Shown here: piece by piece, positions 9,801 to 19,730 of the stretch
Layout of the letters: every line of letters begins with the position of its first letter
How positions within the stretch are numbered: position 1 is the first letter of the stretch
Source of the DNA: Smithella sp.
GTDB lineage: Bacteria > Desulfobacterota > Syntrophia > Syntrophales > Smithellaceae
DNA: 60,355 nt
NCBI GenBank assembly: GCA_012522275.1
Contig: JAAYKU010000182.1
Coordinates: 1-60,355 of the forward strand
Direction: 5' to 3'
The notes under the pieces: model-generated
Databases searched by the model: none
What the model was told of the DNA's origin: nothing
What the model saw: the letters and a program-made list of their open reading frames with translations, nothing else
Program-made: the position numbers and the translations under genes

Positions 9801-10806
9801 CGTCACGGATGAGCGAGGAGCGGAAATCAAAAGCGGCCGCGACATCACCAAGCTGGAAAAAGAGCTGACCGGCCGGCTTGAACAGGCATCAATGGAAGAA
9901 TACCGCCTGAGTTGGGAAAAGCACGACATTCGGGAGTGGAATTTCGGCACACTGCCGGAGAGTATCGAAATGACCGGAAAGTACGGAGTCACAGGGATTG
10001 CCTGGCCGGCTCTTCTCGACAATAACGGAACCGTCAGCCTCAGACTGTTGTCTCGCTCTCAGGAAGCCGCTTTACAGCACCCCAAAGGCGTCGCCGCTTT
10101 GTACCGCATACTGTTTGCCGAAAAACTCAAGCAGCTCAAGAAAAACATCGGCCTGAGCGGCGAGCTGAAAACATGGGCCGGGCGACTGGGAAGCGTACGT
10201 GGGGTGGAGAGCTCCATCGCACAAAGGGTGAATAATGATTTGTTTTACCGGCCCTTACGCACCGCTGAAGAATTTTCCGCCCATGCGGAGGCCATCGGGC
10301 TGGAAATTCTGCCTTATGGACAGAAAGTGATCGCCTCAATTGCGCCGGTCCTGAAAAGTGCAACCGAAACATGTGATGTACTGGACAAGCTGATGCTGAA
10401 AAACCGCGCCAGCGCACCCGTTGCCGGTTTTCTTAAGGCAACCACAGATGAACTGCACAGACTCGTTCCGGTGAATTTCGCCGAGCTCTATTCGTTTGAC
10501 CGCCTGAACAATCTCCCGCGTTATCTGAAAGCCCTGACCATGCGGGCCGAGCGCGGCTGTCTGAATCTGGCGGCTGCTCAAGGCAGGCTCCGGGACGTGT
10601 CCGTTTATACTGAAAAACTTCAGGAATTCATCAATCAGGTTAACGAAAACGCCTCGCGGGAAAAAAGAGAAAAGATCGATGAGCTGTTCTGGATGATTGA
10701 AGAATACAAAGTCTCTCTTTTCGCTCAGGAGCTGAAAACCCCCTATCCCGTCTCACCCAAGAGACTCGGGCAACTGATCCGGGAAATTGAAAACATCGTC
10801 TATTGA
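6859..10806 (+). CDS. hrpA: ATP-dependent RNA helicase HrpA
   Basis: GETGSGKTTQ, DEAH, SAT, QRKGRAGR; C-terminal WMIEEYKVSLFAQEL. Confidence 0.95.
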   Translation: MSAKIIYGNLRGHIKAHADEIMIDDYNRLLAAVNASERKPGRAQLRLAGVQNKIEASMQRVKQREKAVPRFDFPPELPISGKSELIIEAIRKNQVLVITGETGSGKTTQIPKMCLAAGLGRRGIIGLTQPRRIAAVSIAERIAWELGQACGEALAYKTRFEEKSSDEPLIKVMTDGILLAETGQDRQWLAYEAIIVDEAHERSLNIDFILGYLRTLLSRRKDLKLIITSATIDTARFSQAFGNAPVIEVSGRMYPVEVRYRLVDPVREEKGETTYIEEAVSCVEELQRKRHFGDILIFMPTEPDIRETCRQLAKRCSGLILPLFARLAGSAQHRVFSPSDGQKIIVATNIAETSLTIPGITCVIDTGLARIVEYNPRSQTTGLPVKPVSKSSADQRKGRAGRVQDGICIRLYSEDDYAGRPVYTEPEILRSNLAGVILRMLAMNLGDIDSFPFIERPHPKNIRDGIEILRDLGAVTRDESGQDELRYRLTPNGRLMASFPLDPRVSRMILEAKKEGCLHETAVIAAALSIQDPRERPFDKIDLAAAAHAKFQHPESDFLTYLQIWNRYGGTFEKKLSQASLRKFCREHFLSYRRMMEWRDIYLQILNIAGIRGSKKNAKHATMEIDQDVADKIHRSVLSGCLTGIARKKEKNFYTAAKGREVMLHPGSSVFNRGGVWIVAAEISLTSRLFARNTANIRSEWLEELGRSHCRYTYSAARWEKSRGEVVASEKVTMFGLMVIESRTVSYDKIDPQEAKNIFIREALVTGDTARKFPFLEHNLSLWEDARSMEDKLRKRGIAIDEEKMASLYECRLPMISDIRSLQKLIKDAGSDIFLRFTPDDFVAAPPDEEDLARHPQQIKIGNAVLACDYHFEPGSPRDGVTVRLPAGLLSKAASDNIETQLPSLLEEKVLQMLKSLPGRVRQKLPPVVQITREFIAGTSDENIPLSAALSGFLSRRYKLTVPADSWELQKLPAYLNIRYSVTDERGAEIKSGRDITKLEKELTGRLEQASMEEYRLSWEKHDIREWNFGTLPESIEMTGKYGVTGIAWPALLDNNGTVSLRLLSRSQEAALQHPKGVAALYRILFAEKLKQLKKNIGLSGELKTWAGRLGSVRGVESSIAQRVNNDLFYRPLRTAEEFSAHAEAIGLEILPYGQKVIASIAPVLKSATETCDVLDKLMLKNRASAPVAGFLKATTDELHRLVPVNFAELYSFDRLNNLPRYLKALTMRAERGCLNLAAAQGRLRDVSVYTEKLQEFINQVNENASREKREKIDELFWMIEEYKVSLFAQELKTPYPVSPKRLGQLIREIENIVY

Positions 10807-10883
10807 TGACTGTTTTGTAAAAAGTCCGGAGGCCGCTTTGCGTTGAGGTTCGGGCTTAATTGATGGTCGGGCTGAAAAGCTGT

Positions 10884-10929
10884 GGGAAACGGTTTCATCC
10901 GGCATCCGCCGGACTAAAAAACCGTTCCC
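10884..10929. repeat. REP-like intergenic palindrome, copy 1
   Basis: GGGAAACGGTTT...TCCGGC-ATCC-GCCGGA...AAACCGTTCCC; core is 27/29 identical to the copy at 50647-50692. Confidence 0.6.
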
Positions 10930-11014
10930 TGACTTCTATTGACAATCCACTTCCTGCCTGCGGATGTTTACGAAACCGCCTTAATTTGCCCTTAGTGACC
11001 GGTTACCGGGCCTT

Positions 11015-12196
11015 TCACACGCATTCACGTATGGCAGCGGCAAACCCCTCCATGGAGCCGGCAATGACCTTATCGTCAACACAATAGGCAATGCGGAAGT
11101 ACCCCGGTGCGCCGAAGCCGCTGCCCGGAACAGCCAGAATATTCTGCTCAATAAGTTTTTCGGTGAATTTTACGTCATCCGCAAGCGGGCTTTTGACAAA
11201 AAGGTAAAAAGCGCCCTGCGGCAACGCAAACTGATAACCTGCTTTCGACAGCCCCCCGCACAGCAGATCCCGTTTTTTCTGATATACTTCGACATCTACT
11301 TTAGTATCCTGCAGCCTGGCAATGACCCGTTGCATCAGAGCCGGCGCGTTGACAAAGCCGGAAATGCGCGTGCACAAAATTATGGCGTCGATCAGATCAC
11401 TAGACTCATCGATGGCGGGGTTGACGGCGATGTAGCCGATTCTCTCTCCCGGCACGGACAGCGTTTTGGAATAAGAATAGGCCAGGATACTGTCGGGGTA
11501 TGCTTTTAAAACGCTGGGCACTTTGATTCCGTCGAAGACTATTTCGGCATACGGCTCATCAGAAATAAGATAGATGGTTTTCCCGTATTCCCTTCCCTTT
11601 TGGGCAAGCAGCTTCGCCAGCGCGGTTATTTCATTCTCTGCGTACACCCTGCCTGTCGGGTTGTTGGGCGAGTTGATGATCACGGCTTTTGTCCTGCCGG
11701 TGATTGCACCGGCCATAGATGAAATGTCGAGCGAAAAATCTTCAGCCGTTTTTGCTTTTGTGAGCACACCGCCGTAATTTTCGACATAAAACGCGTACTC
11801 CACAAAATACGGCACAGGCACGACCACTTCGTCGCCCGGGTCGAGTAGGGCCTTGAGGATGACATTGAGCGCGCCGCCCGCCCCGCAGGACATGACGATG
11901 TGCCCGGCCTCCATCTTGAGGCCTGTTGTTTTGCTTATCTTGTCCGCCACTGCCTGCCTGACTTCGGCAATCCCCGCATTAGGCGGGTAGCCGTGCTTAA
12001 AGGGAATTTCCTCGCGGATAAGACCGATAAGCTCGTTTTTGAATGCCTCAGGGGGAGGCAGATTGGGATTGCCGAGGCTGAAGTCGTAAACCTTGTCCGC
12101 CCCGAACTTCTTTTTCAGTTCGACCCCCTGTTCGAACATTCTGCGGATCATGGAAGACTGAGAAATGGATGCCTTGATTTTTTTGGATATCGCCAT
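11015..12196 (-). CDS. PLP-dependent aminotransferase class I/II (aspartate aminotransferase-like)
   Basis: INSPNNPTG, SDEPY and SYSKTLSVPGERIG motifs. Confidence 0.9.
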   Translation of the reverse strand: MAISKKIKASISQSSMIRRMFEQGVELKKKFGADKVYDFSLGNPNLPPPEAFKNELIGLIREEIPFKHGYPPNAGIAEVRQAVADKISKTTGLKMEAGHIVMSCGAGGALNVILKALLDPGDEVVVPVPYFVEYAFYVENYGGVLTKAKTAEDFSLDISSMAGAITGRTKAVIINSPNNPTGRVYAENEITALAKLLAQKGREYGKTIYLISDEPYAEIVFDGIKVPSVLKAYPDSILAYSYSKTLSVPGERIGYIAVNPAIDESSDLIDAIILCTRISGFVNAPALMQRVIARLQDTKVDVEVYQKKRDLLCGGLSKAGYQFALPQGAFYLFVKSPLADDVKFTEKLIEQNILAVPGSGFGAPGYFRIAYCVDDKVIAGSMEGFAAAIRECV

Positions 12197-12242
12197 AACA
12201 GGCTCCCTGCCGGCAGCGCAATCACCGGCCTTGGTGAAGTTT

Positions 12243-12905
12243 TTAAAAATTGTTTTTTAAATATTCCGTGACCGTGCTGAAATTTTTAAAAGGATGGTAC
12301 TGCGTCCGGCCCTCTTCCCCGCATTTCTTTAAAAGTACATCTTTTGCAAAAACCACGTCCGCATATCTTGAAGGACAGACATCGGATTGGCCGTTGCCGA
12401 CATAGATAATTTTATCATACAAAAGGCGATGCTCATGCAGAATTTTATTTTTGCATGTACCGCAGCGGCCGCACAAGTGGTTCAGCTCGGGGAAATGAAA
12501 CGTAAGTGAATCCCCGGGAGCGAATGCTATACGGTTCGAGAATGACTCAATTTCGCCGAGGCGGTGTTTTTCCATGATCGTACGGATGTAAAAATCAAGG
12601 CCGTCGGAAACGATCTTCACATCCACCTTCTTTTTCTTCGCCAGGCGGTAAAAACCGGCAAAGGACGGGTCGATGCCGGAGTGCTTCAAAACAAAGGATT
12701 TCAGGCTTTCCCTGCCGGCGGCCATCAGCGGCGCTATCCTTAAGTAGGCCTGTCTGGAGCCGGTGTCGTCCGGAACGCATTTTGCACAGGAACCGGCCGG
12801 ACTTTTCAGCATAAAGTGCTTTAAAACCAGCTTCCCGACATCTTTAATAGAAATCGTTCCGTCAAAGTCACACAGAAACAGCGCCGCTTTTTGTTGAAGG
12901 TGCAT
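12243..12905 (-). CDS. MtnX-like HAD-IB phosphatase
   Basis: CDFDGTI, VSDGLDFYI, CGTCK, YVGNGQSD. Confidence 0.8.
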   Translation of the reverse strand: MHLQQKAALFLCDFDGTISIKDVGKLVLKHFMLKSPAGSCAKCVPDDTGSRQAYLRIAPLMAAGRESLKSFVLKHSGIDPSFAGFYRLAKKKKVDVKIVSDGLDFYIRTIMEKHRLGEIESFSNRIAFAPGDSLTFHFPELNHLCGRCGTCKNKILHEHRLLYDKIIYVGNGQSDVCPSRYADVVFAKDVLLKKCGEEGRTQYHPFKNFSTVTEYLKNNF

Positions 12906-12926
12906 CAGAAATCTGCGGCCTTCCCG

Positions 12927-13238
12927 TCAGCGCTTTCGGCGCTTCACTAAAACATAGGCACCCAGCAATATCACCACAACAGGTAAAACAAACTGGGAAT
13001 ACCGGTACAGATCGAATCCGTAAAACTCGATGAACAGGAAAACCACACCGACCATCGCGATGAACCAGCCTTCGATGGCTTTCAAGCTGTAGATCAGTGT
13101 GCTGACACCGATCACAATCAGAAGAACAGGCCAGGTCTTTGCGAAACTGCAGCTGGTGGTTTTGCTCAGAAAGATCAGCACCCCCAGTGTAATTAAAATC
13201 AGTCCGCCGGTAATAATATTTCGTTTTTCATTTGACAT
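12927..13238 (-). CDS. Small membrane protein (DUF5668/LiaF-TM-like)
   Basis: GGLILITLGV...WPVLLIVIG hydrophobic repeats; AGGAG RBS before ATG at 13238. Confidence 0.6.
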   Translation of the reverse strand: MSNEKRNIITGGLILITLGVLIFLSKTTSCSFAKTWPVLLIVIGVSTLIYSLKAIEGWFIAMVGVVFLFIEFYGFDLYRYSQFVLPVVVILLGAYVLVKRRKR

Positions 13239-13295
13239 AAACAATCTCCTTTATGATTTTTTAGCTGTTATCAAAATGAATCCCGACCTTAAAAA

Positions 13296-14057
13296 TTACT
13301 TTTCCATCAGTTTCAAAAACGGCTTGAACAAATCGATTGGTATGGGAAAGACAGTGGTGGAGTTGTTTTCCGATGCGATCTGGTTTAGCGTCTGCAGATA
13401 ACGAAGCTGCAGCGACATGGGCCGTGTCTCCATGAGCGCCGCCGCGTCGATCAACCTTTGGGCGGCCTGATACTCGCCTTCCGCGTTGATCACTTTGGCG
13501 CGTCTTTCACGTTCCGCTTCCGCCTGCTTGGCCATGGCGCGCTTCATCTCTTCAGGCAGGTCGATGTGCTTGACCTCCACCAGAGACACTTTAATGCCCC
13601 ATGGGTCTGTGCTGCGGTCGAGAATTTCCTGAAGGTGCAAATTGATTTTTTCCCTCTCTGAGAGCAGCTCATCGAGCTCCACCTGGCCACACACGCTGCG
13701 CAGCGTCGTTTGCGCCAGCTGAGAGGTGGCAAACAGGTAATTTTCAACATTGACCACTGCGTCATTGGCGTTGAGAACACGGAAATAAACAACTGCATTG
13801 ACTTTAATAGACACGTTGTCTTTAGTGATCACGTCCTGAGGAGGCACATCCATCGTGATGGTCCGCATATCGATCCTGACGATTTTATCGATGCCGGGAA
13901 TGATGATGATCAGGCCCGGCCCTTTGATATTGCGTACTCTGCCCAGACGAAAAAGAACCGCCCGTTCATATTCATTGAGCACCTTTATAGCTGAAACAAG
14001 AAACATGACCACCAGCACGACAATGACAATCAGGGGAATAGGTAGCGTACTTACCAT
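13296..14057 (-). CDS. SPFH/band-7 (slipin) protein
   Basis: [36 protein letters not shown]. Confidence 0.95.
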   Translation of the reverse strand: MVSTLPIPLIVIVVLVVMFLVSAIKVLNEYERAVLFRLGRVRNIKGPGLIIIIPGIDKIVRIDMRTITMDVPPQDVITKDNVSIKVNAVVYFRVLNANDAVVNVENYLFATSQLAQTTLRSVCGQVELDELLSEREKINLHLQEILDRSTDPWGIKVSLVEVKHIDLPEEMKRAMAKQAEAERERRAKVINAEGEYQAAQRLIDAAALMETRPMSLQLRYLQTLNQIASENNSTTVFPIPIDLFKPFLKLMEK

Positions 14058-14084
14058 AACAAGCCTCCTTAATATTCAATATGT

Positions 14085-15389
14085 TCAATTTTTTTCTTTA
14101 ACTTCTTCGACGGCCAGATTCAATCCTTCCACGGCTTTGACTCTGACTTTCGCACCTTTGGGGATAAACTCTGCACTTTTTGCCGTCCAGTATTCGCCCT
14201 GGAAAAACACCTTTCCCTCGCCGTCAATGGCGGTTGCGGCTTCGCCCATGCCGCCTTCCATCGATTCCGACCCTGAATAATGTCTGCGCATCTGCGCTTT
14301 CACCGCCAGCCAGATCACGACGATGAAGAAAAGGGAGGCAAGACCAACTGCCGGTATCAGCACCTGCAAAGAGATACGCAGCGCCGGCTCCGGTGTGTCA
14401 AAAAGCATAAAGGAACCCAGCCCCAGAGATACGACCCCGGCTACAGCCAGCATACCGTGACTCATAACTTTTATCTCCGCAATAAACAAAATTATGCTGA
14501 ACAAAATCAGCAAAACCCCCGTATAGCTCACCGGCAGCGTGGAAAGACCGTAAAAAGCCAGCAAAAGAGAGATGCCCCCCACTACCCCCGGCAAAATTGC
14601 GCCCGGTGTGGAAAACTCGAAGTACAGACCCGCCAGGCCGATGAGCAAAAGAAGATAGGCGATATTCGGATTGGAAATGGCGGCCAGTATCCCCTGCCTC
14701 ATCCCGGGTTTTTTGGTATCCGTTACGGCATGCGCCGCCGATATCTTTTTTTTGGTTCCGGCAACCGTAACTTCCCTTTGGTCTATGGCGGCCAGAAGCT
14801 TTTCGATATCCGGGGCAACCACATCGATCACCCGCAGCTTCAGCGCCTCGTCCGCCGTGATAGACTCACTTTTGCGCACCGCCTTTTCCGCCCATTCTTC
14901 GCTGCGCCCCCTGGTTTTTGCTATGGAACGGGCATATGCCGCGGCGTCATTTTCCATTTTTTCGGACATCGTCTTATCCATTTCACCTGAGCCCCCGATG
15001 CCGATGGCCACGGGGTGCGCCGCACCGATATTGGTGCCCGGCGCCATGGCCGCGATATGCGCCGCCTGGGTGATAATGACGCCTGCCGATGCGGCGCGTG
15101 CGCCGGAAGGAGAGACATAAACGATGACCGGCAGGGGCGCGTTGAGGATACTTTTAGCAATGTCGCGCATGGCGGTATCCAGACCGCCGGGGGTGTCCAG
15201 CAGAATAATCAGTCCCTCCGCTCCTTCTTTTTGCGCTTCTTCAATACTGTCGGCGACATATTTTGCCGAAGGGGATGTAATCACCCCTTCGAGGCTGATC
15301 ACCTTGAACACGGGCCTTGGGCTGTCCGCTCCCGCGATCCCCGCGGCCAGGACAACGGCCATCAACAAAAGGCAGATTTTTTTTAACAT
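14085..15389 (-). CDS. nfeD: NfeD membrane-bound serine protease
   Basis: LDTPGG, RAASAG, PGTNIGAAHP, TM region and C-terminal OB fold (GEYW); adjacent to slipin gene. Confidence 0.92.
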   Translation of the reverse strand: MLKKICLLLMAVVLAAGIAGADSPRPVFKVISLEGVITSPSAKYVADSIEEAQKEGAEGLIILLDTPGGLDTAMRDIAKSILNAPLPVIVYVSPSGARAASAGVIITQAAHIAAMAPGTNIGAAHPVAIGIGGSGEMDKTMSEKMENDAAAYARSIAKTRGRSEEWAEKAVRKSESITADEALKLRVIDVVAPDIEKLLAAIDQREVTVAGTKKKISAAHAVTDTKKPGMRQGILAAISNPNIAYLLLLIGLAGLYFEFSTPGAILPGVVGGISLLLAFYGLSTLPVSYTGVLLILFSIILFIAEIKVMSHGMLAVAGVVSLGLGSFMLFDTPEPALRISLQVLIPAVGLASLFFIVVIWLAVKAQMRRHYSGSESMEGGMGEAATAIDGEGKVFFQGEYWTAKSAEFIPKGAKVRVKAVEGLNLAVEEVKEKN

Positions 15390-15412
15390 AAGCAGCGCCT
15401 CATATCACACAG

Positions 15413-16144
15413 CTACAGTATCGGCAGACCGATCTCGTTCATCATCATCTGAACATCTTCCCAGACCTGTTTTTTCGCGGGCGGGTTCCTCAAAAGATAA
15501 GCCGGATGATAGGTCGGTAAAAGCCTGATCCCTTCATAGTCCTGAAAGCGTCCACGCAGTGCAGTAATCGGGGTTTCCGTTTTTAAAAGCACCTGTGCCG
15601 CAAATTTACCCAGGGCGCAAATCACTTGCGGCCTGATCAACTGCAACTGTTGTTTTAAAAACGGCTCGCATTGGCTGATTTCTTCCGTCGAGGGGTTACG
15701 GTTGCCCGGCGGCCGACATTTGAGGATATTGCAGATATAGACATCCTCACGTCTGAGCCTCATTCCCTTGACGATGATGTCGGTAAGCAACTGGCCGGCG
15801 CGACCGACAAAAGGCCGTCCCTGAACGTCCTCATCCGCGCCCGGCGCCTCGCCGACAAAAACGATCTTTGCCTGTACGGCGCCCTCTCCGAAAACGATAT
15901 TTTTTCTGGTTTTGTGCAGTCCGCAGCGCCGGCAGTTCAATACCTCCCGGCAAAGGTCGCCCATGGAAGTTTCTTTATCCGCGTCCGGGGTATTATGATG
16001 CTCTTTTCGTGCCGCCGGTCTTTCACCGTCCACATAAACGTACATGTCTTGTGCACTGATCACCTGCTCCTTAACCGATTTGATAAGATCGAGCAATTCA
16101 TCCCGTGGGCTGCCGCCGGAAGGCTCGCGCAAAGATTGAGTCAT
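15413..16144 (-). CDS. Uracil-DNA glycosylase family 4
   Basis: CxxC, VGEAPGADED, PFVGRAG, KCRPPGNR, TYHPAYLLR. Confidence 0.93.
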   Translation of the reverse strand: MTQSLREPSGGSPRDELLDLIKSVKEQVISAQDMYVYVDGERPAARKEHHNTPDADKETSMGDLCREVLNCRRCGLHKTRKNIVFGEGAVQAKIVFVGEAPGADEDVQGRPFVGRAGQLLTDIIVKGMRLRREDVYICNILKCRPPGNRNPSTEEISQCEPFLKQQLQLIRPQVICALGKFAAQVLLKTETPITALRGRFQDYEGIRLLPTYHPAYLLRNPPAKKQVWEDVQMMMNEIGLPIL

Positions 16145-17355
16145 TTCTTCCCGACCGGGCCTTTCTTTTTCTTCAGTGTTTTTACATGATCCAGAATACG
16201 GTGAGCCGTCTCGATCTTCGTCATTTTATCGAGCCTGAGCATTTTGCCGCTTTTGTCGATGATGGTGACGACATTGGTGTCTGTTTGAAAACCGGCCCCT
16301 TCTTCACGCAGACTATTGGCGACAATCATGTCCATGTTTTTTTGTGTAAGCTTACGCCGTGCGTGGGCCAGCAGATCCTGGGTTTCCATGGCAAACCCGA
16401 CCACAATGCCTTTATGTTTTTTAGCGCCGATGGCGGCGATAATATCAGGGTTGGGCGCCAGACTGATGCCGGCAAGTCCTTTGTTTTTTTTAATTTTTTC
16501 ATCAGACACGGATTTTGGGCGATAGTCGGCCACCGCTGCGGCCTTGATGATCAACGTTGCTTTCGCGTAGCGTTCCATCACCGCTTCATACATCTGCAAG
16601 GCCGTGCGCACGAAAATGATTTCATCCACCTGTGGAGCGGCCAGAGTACAGGGACCGGAAATCAGCGTCACGCGTGCTCCGCGATGGTGCGCGGCGGCGG
16701 CCAGCGCGTATCCCATCTTGCCGGATGAAAGATTCGTAATGTAGCGCACGGGGTCAAGCGGTTCCTGCGTGGGGCCGGCTGTGACCAATACCTGCTCGCC
16801 TGCAAAATCCTTGGGCGACAAAAGCGATTCGATCGCGTCCATGATCACAGGTATGTCCGGCAGTCGTCCGGCCCCGGAAGTTTTACAGGCCAGCTCGCCT
16901 GTCGCGCTTTCCATTACCTCGTAACCATGGTGGCGTAGTTTTTTGATGTTGTCTTGCACTATGGGATTGGCGAGCATTTTGTCGTTCATGGCCGGACAAA
17001 TCAGTGTCGGTCTGTCTTGCGCCATCAGGGTTGTCGTCAAAAGATCATCGGCGATGCCCGAGGCCAGTTTTCCAATGAGATTGCCTGTTGCCGGGGCCAC
17101 CACAAACGCGTCGGCAAAATCCGCAAGCGAGATATGAGCCATGTCAAATTCACCGGCCGGGGAAAACATATCAGTATAAACAGGCCCCTGCGAAAGGGTC
17201 TGCATGGTCAAAGGCGTGATGAACTTCGTCGCGCTTTTTGTCATGATGACCCGGACCTGCGCGCCGGCCTTAATCAGCCCACGCGTCAGCTCCGCAGCCT
17301 TGTAGGCGGCGATGCCTCCGGTAATTCCCAGAACAATTTTTTTATCTTTCAGCAT
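16141..17355 (-). CDS. coaBC: Bifunctional phosphopantothenoylcysteine decarboxylase/synthetase
   Basis: GGIAAYKA, PAMN, TAGPTQEPLDPVRYITNLSSGKMG; start moved to ATG 17355 (MLKDKKI). Confidence 0.95.
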   Translation of the reverse strand: MLKDKKIVLGITGGIAAYKAAELTRGLIKAGAQVRVIMTKSATKFITPLTMQTLSQGPVYTDMFSPAGEFDMAHISLADFADAFVVAPATGNLIGKLASGIADDLLTTTLMAQDRPTLICPAMNDKMLANPIVQDNIKKLRHHGYEVMESATGELACKTSGAGRLPDIPVIMDAIESLLSPKDFAGEQVLVTAGPTQEPLDPVRYITNLSSGKMGYALAAAAHHRGARVTLISGPCTLAAPQVDEIIFVRTALQMYEAVMERYAKATLIIKAAAVADYRPKSVSDEKIKKNKGLAGISLAPNPDIIAAIGAKKHKGIVVGFAMETQDLLAHARRKLTQKNMDMIVANSLREEGAGFQTDTNVVTIIDKSGKMLRLDKMTKIETAHRILDHVKTLKKKKGPVGKK

Positions 17356-17505
17356 GCACTTACATTGCCTTTGATTTTCGCGGAATATAACAATGTTTAT
17401 CAGCAATATCAAGGCATATGTCTTGGACGGCAATGCGATTTGGCTTGCATTGCGAACCATAAATGAATATGAGAGTCGCACTGAAAAAAACCCGCATAAA
17501 GGAGT

Positions 17506-18831
17506 ATGCTGATGAGAAAAGTTGGTCTTTACGTAACGCTTGCGATAGTCGTTGTTCTGGCTGCGACACTGGGATGGCTTTATTTTACAGATCGGCTGGA
17601 AAGAGAAAAACCGGTCATTAAACTGAATCAGGATATCTCCGCCATCGGCAGGCAAAAAGACATCGGAATTACTTTCACAGACCGCAAAAGCGGTCTGGCG
17701 AAACTGTCGGTTGAAATCATTCAGGATGAAAAATCATACCCGGTATCCAAAGAAACCATCGCCCGCCGGGGCGAGAGGGAAAAAATATTAAAGCTCACCG
17801 TCAACACAGAGGAATTAAAGCTGAAAAACGGTCCGGCCGTCATCCGGATGAGCGCGGCCGACCACTCTGTTTTCAAAAATGAAACGATCCTGGCTGCACA
17901 GGTCAAAATTGACACTGTCCCCCCGCAGATTTACATCCTCAACCCCGTCAACTATATAAACCAGGGGGGAACGGGATTCATCACTTACCGTACATCAAAG
18001 CCGGCCGCTCTTACAGGGGTTTATGTGGACGACATTTTTTTTCAGGGCTACACCACGCTGATCAACAACAGGCCCGTATCGAGCGTATATTTCGCTGTCG
18101 GCCCGGATTCATCGGGGGCAAAGACCAGGATAACTGTTTTCGTCCGGGATGATGCAGGTAATGAAACCACAAGTCTCCTGCCTTTTACGTTGAAACAAAA
18201 GAAATTTCGCTCCGACAAGGTCAATTTAAGCGACACGTTCTTGCAGAAAATCGTGCCTGAATTTCAGGCGACAAACTCTCACCTGCAGGGGAAAACACCA
18301 TCTGAAGTTTTTGCCTACGTCAACAGGCAGCTTCGCGAAGACAATGACAGGACCATTCGGCGGGTCTGCGCCAAATCCATCAACAAAAGGCTCTGGGATG
18401 GAGCCTTTCTGCGGATGCGCAACGCCAAACCTACAGCCTTGTTCGGCGACCGGCGCACCTATCTGGCAAACGGCGCGGCACTGGGCGATTCGGTGCATTT
18501 GGGCGTTGACCTGGCCTCGACCGCCGGCGCGCCCATTGAAGCCGCCAATAATGGAATCATCATCTTTGCCGGCCCCCTGGGGATATATGGAAATGCCGTC
18601 ATCATCGACCATGGTCAGGGGCTGTTCAGCCTGTACGGACACTTGTCCTCCATTGAAACAGAAGTCGGCGCACAGGTGCGTAAAGAGGAAAGGATCGGTT
18701 TTTCGGGACTTACCGGCCTGGCCGGCGGTGATCACCTGCATTTCAGTGTGATGATCGGCGGACATTTCGTCAATCCCGTGGAATGGTGGGATCCTCACTG
18801 GATTCAGGACAATGTTTTAGCAAAGATGTGA
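17506..18831 (+). CDS. M23 family metallopeptidase
   Basis: N-terminal anchor; HLGVD, YGH and HLHF zinc motifs. Confidence 0.9.
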   Translation: MLMRKVGLYVTLAIVVVLAATLGWLYFTDRLEREKPVIKLNQDISAIGRQKDIGITFTDRKSGLAKLSVEIIQDEKSYPVSKETIARRGEREKILKLTVNTEELKLKNGPAVIRMSAADHSVFKNETILAAQVKIDTVPPQIYILNPVNYINQGGTGFITYRTSKPAALTGVYVDDIFFQGYTTLINNRPVSSVYFAVGPDSSGAKTRITVFVRDDAGNETTSLLPFTLKQKKFRSDKVNLSDTFLQKIVPEFQATNSHLQGKTPSEVFAYVNRQLREDNDRTIRRVCAKSINKRLWDGAFLRMRNAKPTALFGDRRTYLANGAALGDSVHLGVDLASTAGAPIEAANNGIIIFAGPLGIYGNAVIIDHGQGLFSLYGHLSSIETEVGAQVRKEERIGFSGLTGLAGGDHLHFSVMIGGHFVNPVEWWDPHWIQDNVLAKM

Positions 18832-18857
18832 TGTCAGGACAGGTGCTGTGGGTGTCG

Positions 18858-19724
18858 TCAGCTTTTGCTGATATCCCGGTGGGTGGCGTGTACAACGTAT
18901 TTCATTTCCTGTAGGTGTGAGGTGAACTGATTGGCCATTACCACGGATCTGTGCCGTCCACCGGTGCACCCGACGGCGATATTGAGACGGACTTTTCCTT
19001 CTTTTGCATACAGGGGAATAAGAAAGTTCATCATATCCAGAGACCTCTTCAGAAATTCCTTGCTTTCCGGATTGTCCAGAACGTATTTTTCCACCGCTCC
19101 GTGATGACCGTTAAAACTCTTGAGACCTTCCACATAATACGGGTTGGGCAGAAATCTCACATCCATGACTATATCCGCATCGGCGGGCAGGCCGTAGCGG
19201 TATCCAAAAGATATCACACTTACAAACATCTTTTTCCGACTGGAAACAGAGTAATACTGCCGCTGAACTGCGTCTTTGAGTTGGTGGACGTTGGTCTGCG
19301 TGGTGTCTATGATCTTATCCGCCATCTGCCTGAGCGGTGAAAGTTTTTCCACCTCCTTGCGAATTCCGTCCATGATGGAGCTTTTCGCGGACAGCGGGTG
19401 GTTGCGCCTTGTTTCACTAAAACGACGCAGCAGAGATTCTTCGGTGGCCTCGAGAAAAAGGATTTCAATTTTGTATCCCTTTTCTTTTAGTCCTTTGAAG
19501 ATATTTTTATATTTATCGAGAAAGCTCTTCTGGCGCAAATCCATGACCATCGCCACCTTTTTTATCTCCGGCGAGGACTGGACGGTAAGGGAAAGCAGCT
19601 TCGGCAATAAAACAACCGGCAGGTTGTCCACGCAAAAAAAACCGACGTCTTCCAGCGCGCGAAGAGCCGTGCTTTTACCGGATCCGGACAAACCGGTAAT
19701 GATCACCACGCGAAGGTTTTTCAA
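18858..19724 (-). CDS. rapZ: RNase adapter RapZ (YvcJ/YhbJ family)
   Basis: [33 protein letters not shown]. Confidence 0.95.
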   Translation of the reverse strand: MKNLRVVIITGLSGSGKSTALRALEDVGFFCVDNLPVVLLPKLLSLTVQSSPEIKKVAMVMDLRQKSFLDKYKNIFKGLKEKGYKIEILFLEATEESLLRRFSETRRNHPLSAKSSIMDGIRKEVEKLSPLRQMADKIIDTTQTNVHQLKDAVQRQYYSVSSRKKMFVSVISFGYRYGLPADADIVMDVRFLPNPYYVEGLKSFNGHHGAVEKYVLDNPESKEFLKRSLDMMNFLIPLYAKEGKVRLNIAVGCTGGRHRSVVMANQFTSHLQEMKYVVHATHRDISKS

Positions 19725-19730
19725 TTGCTT

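Noticed and set aside
17356-17655. 100-aa N-terminal extension of CoaBC (similar extensions on kdsC, lptC and the TPR gene)
   Set aside because: Longest-ORF artefacts, mostly overlapping neighbouring genes; family homology begins at downstream ATGs.
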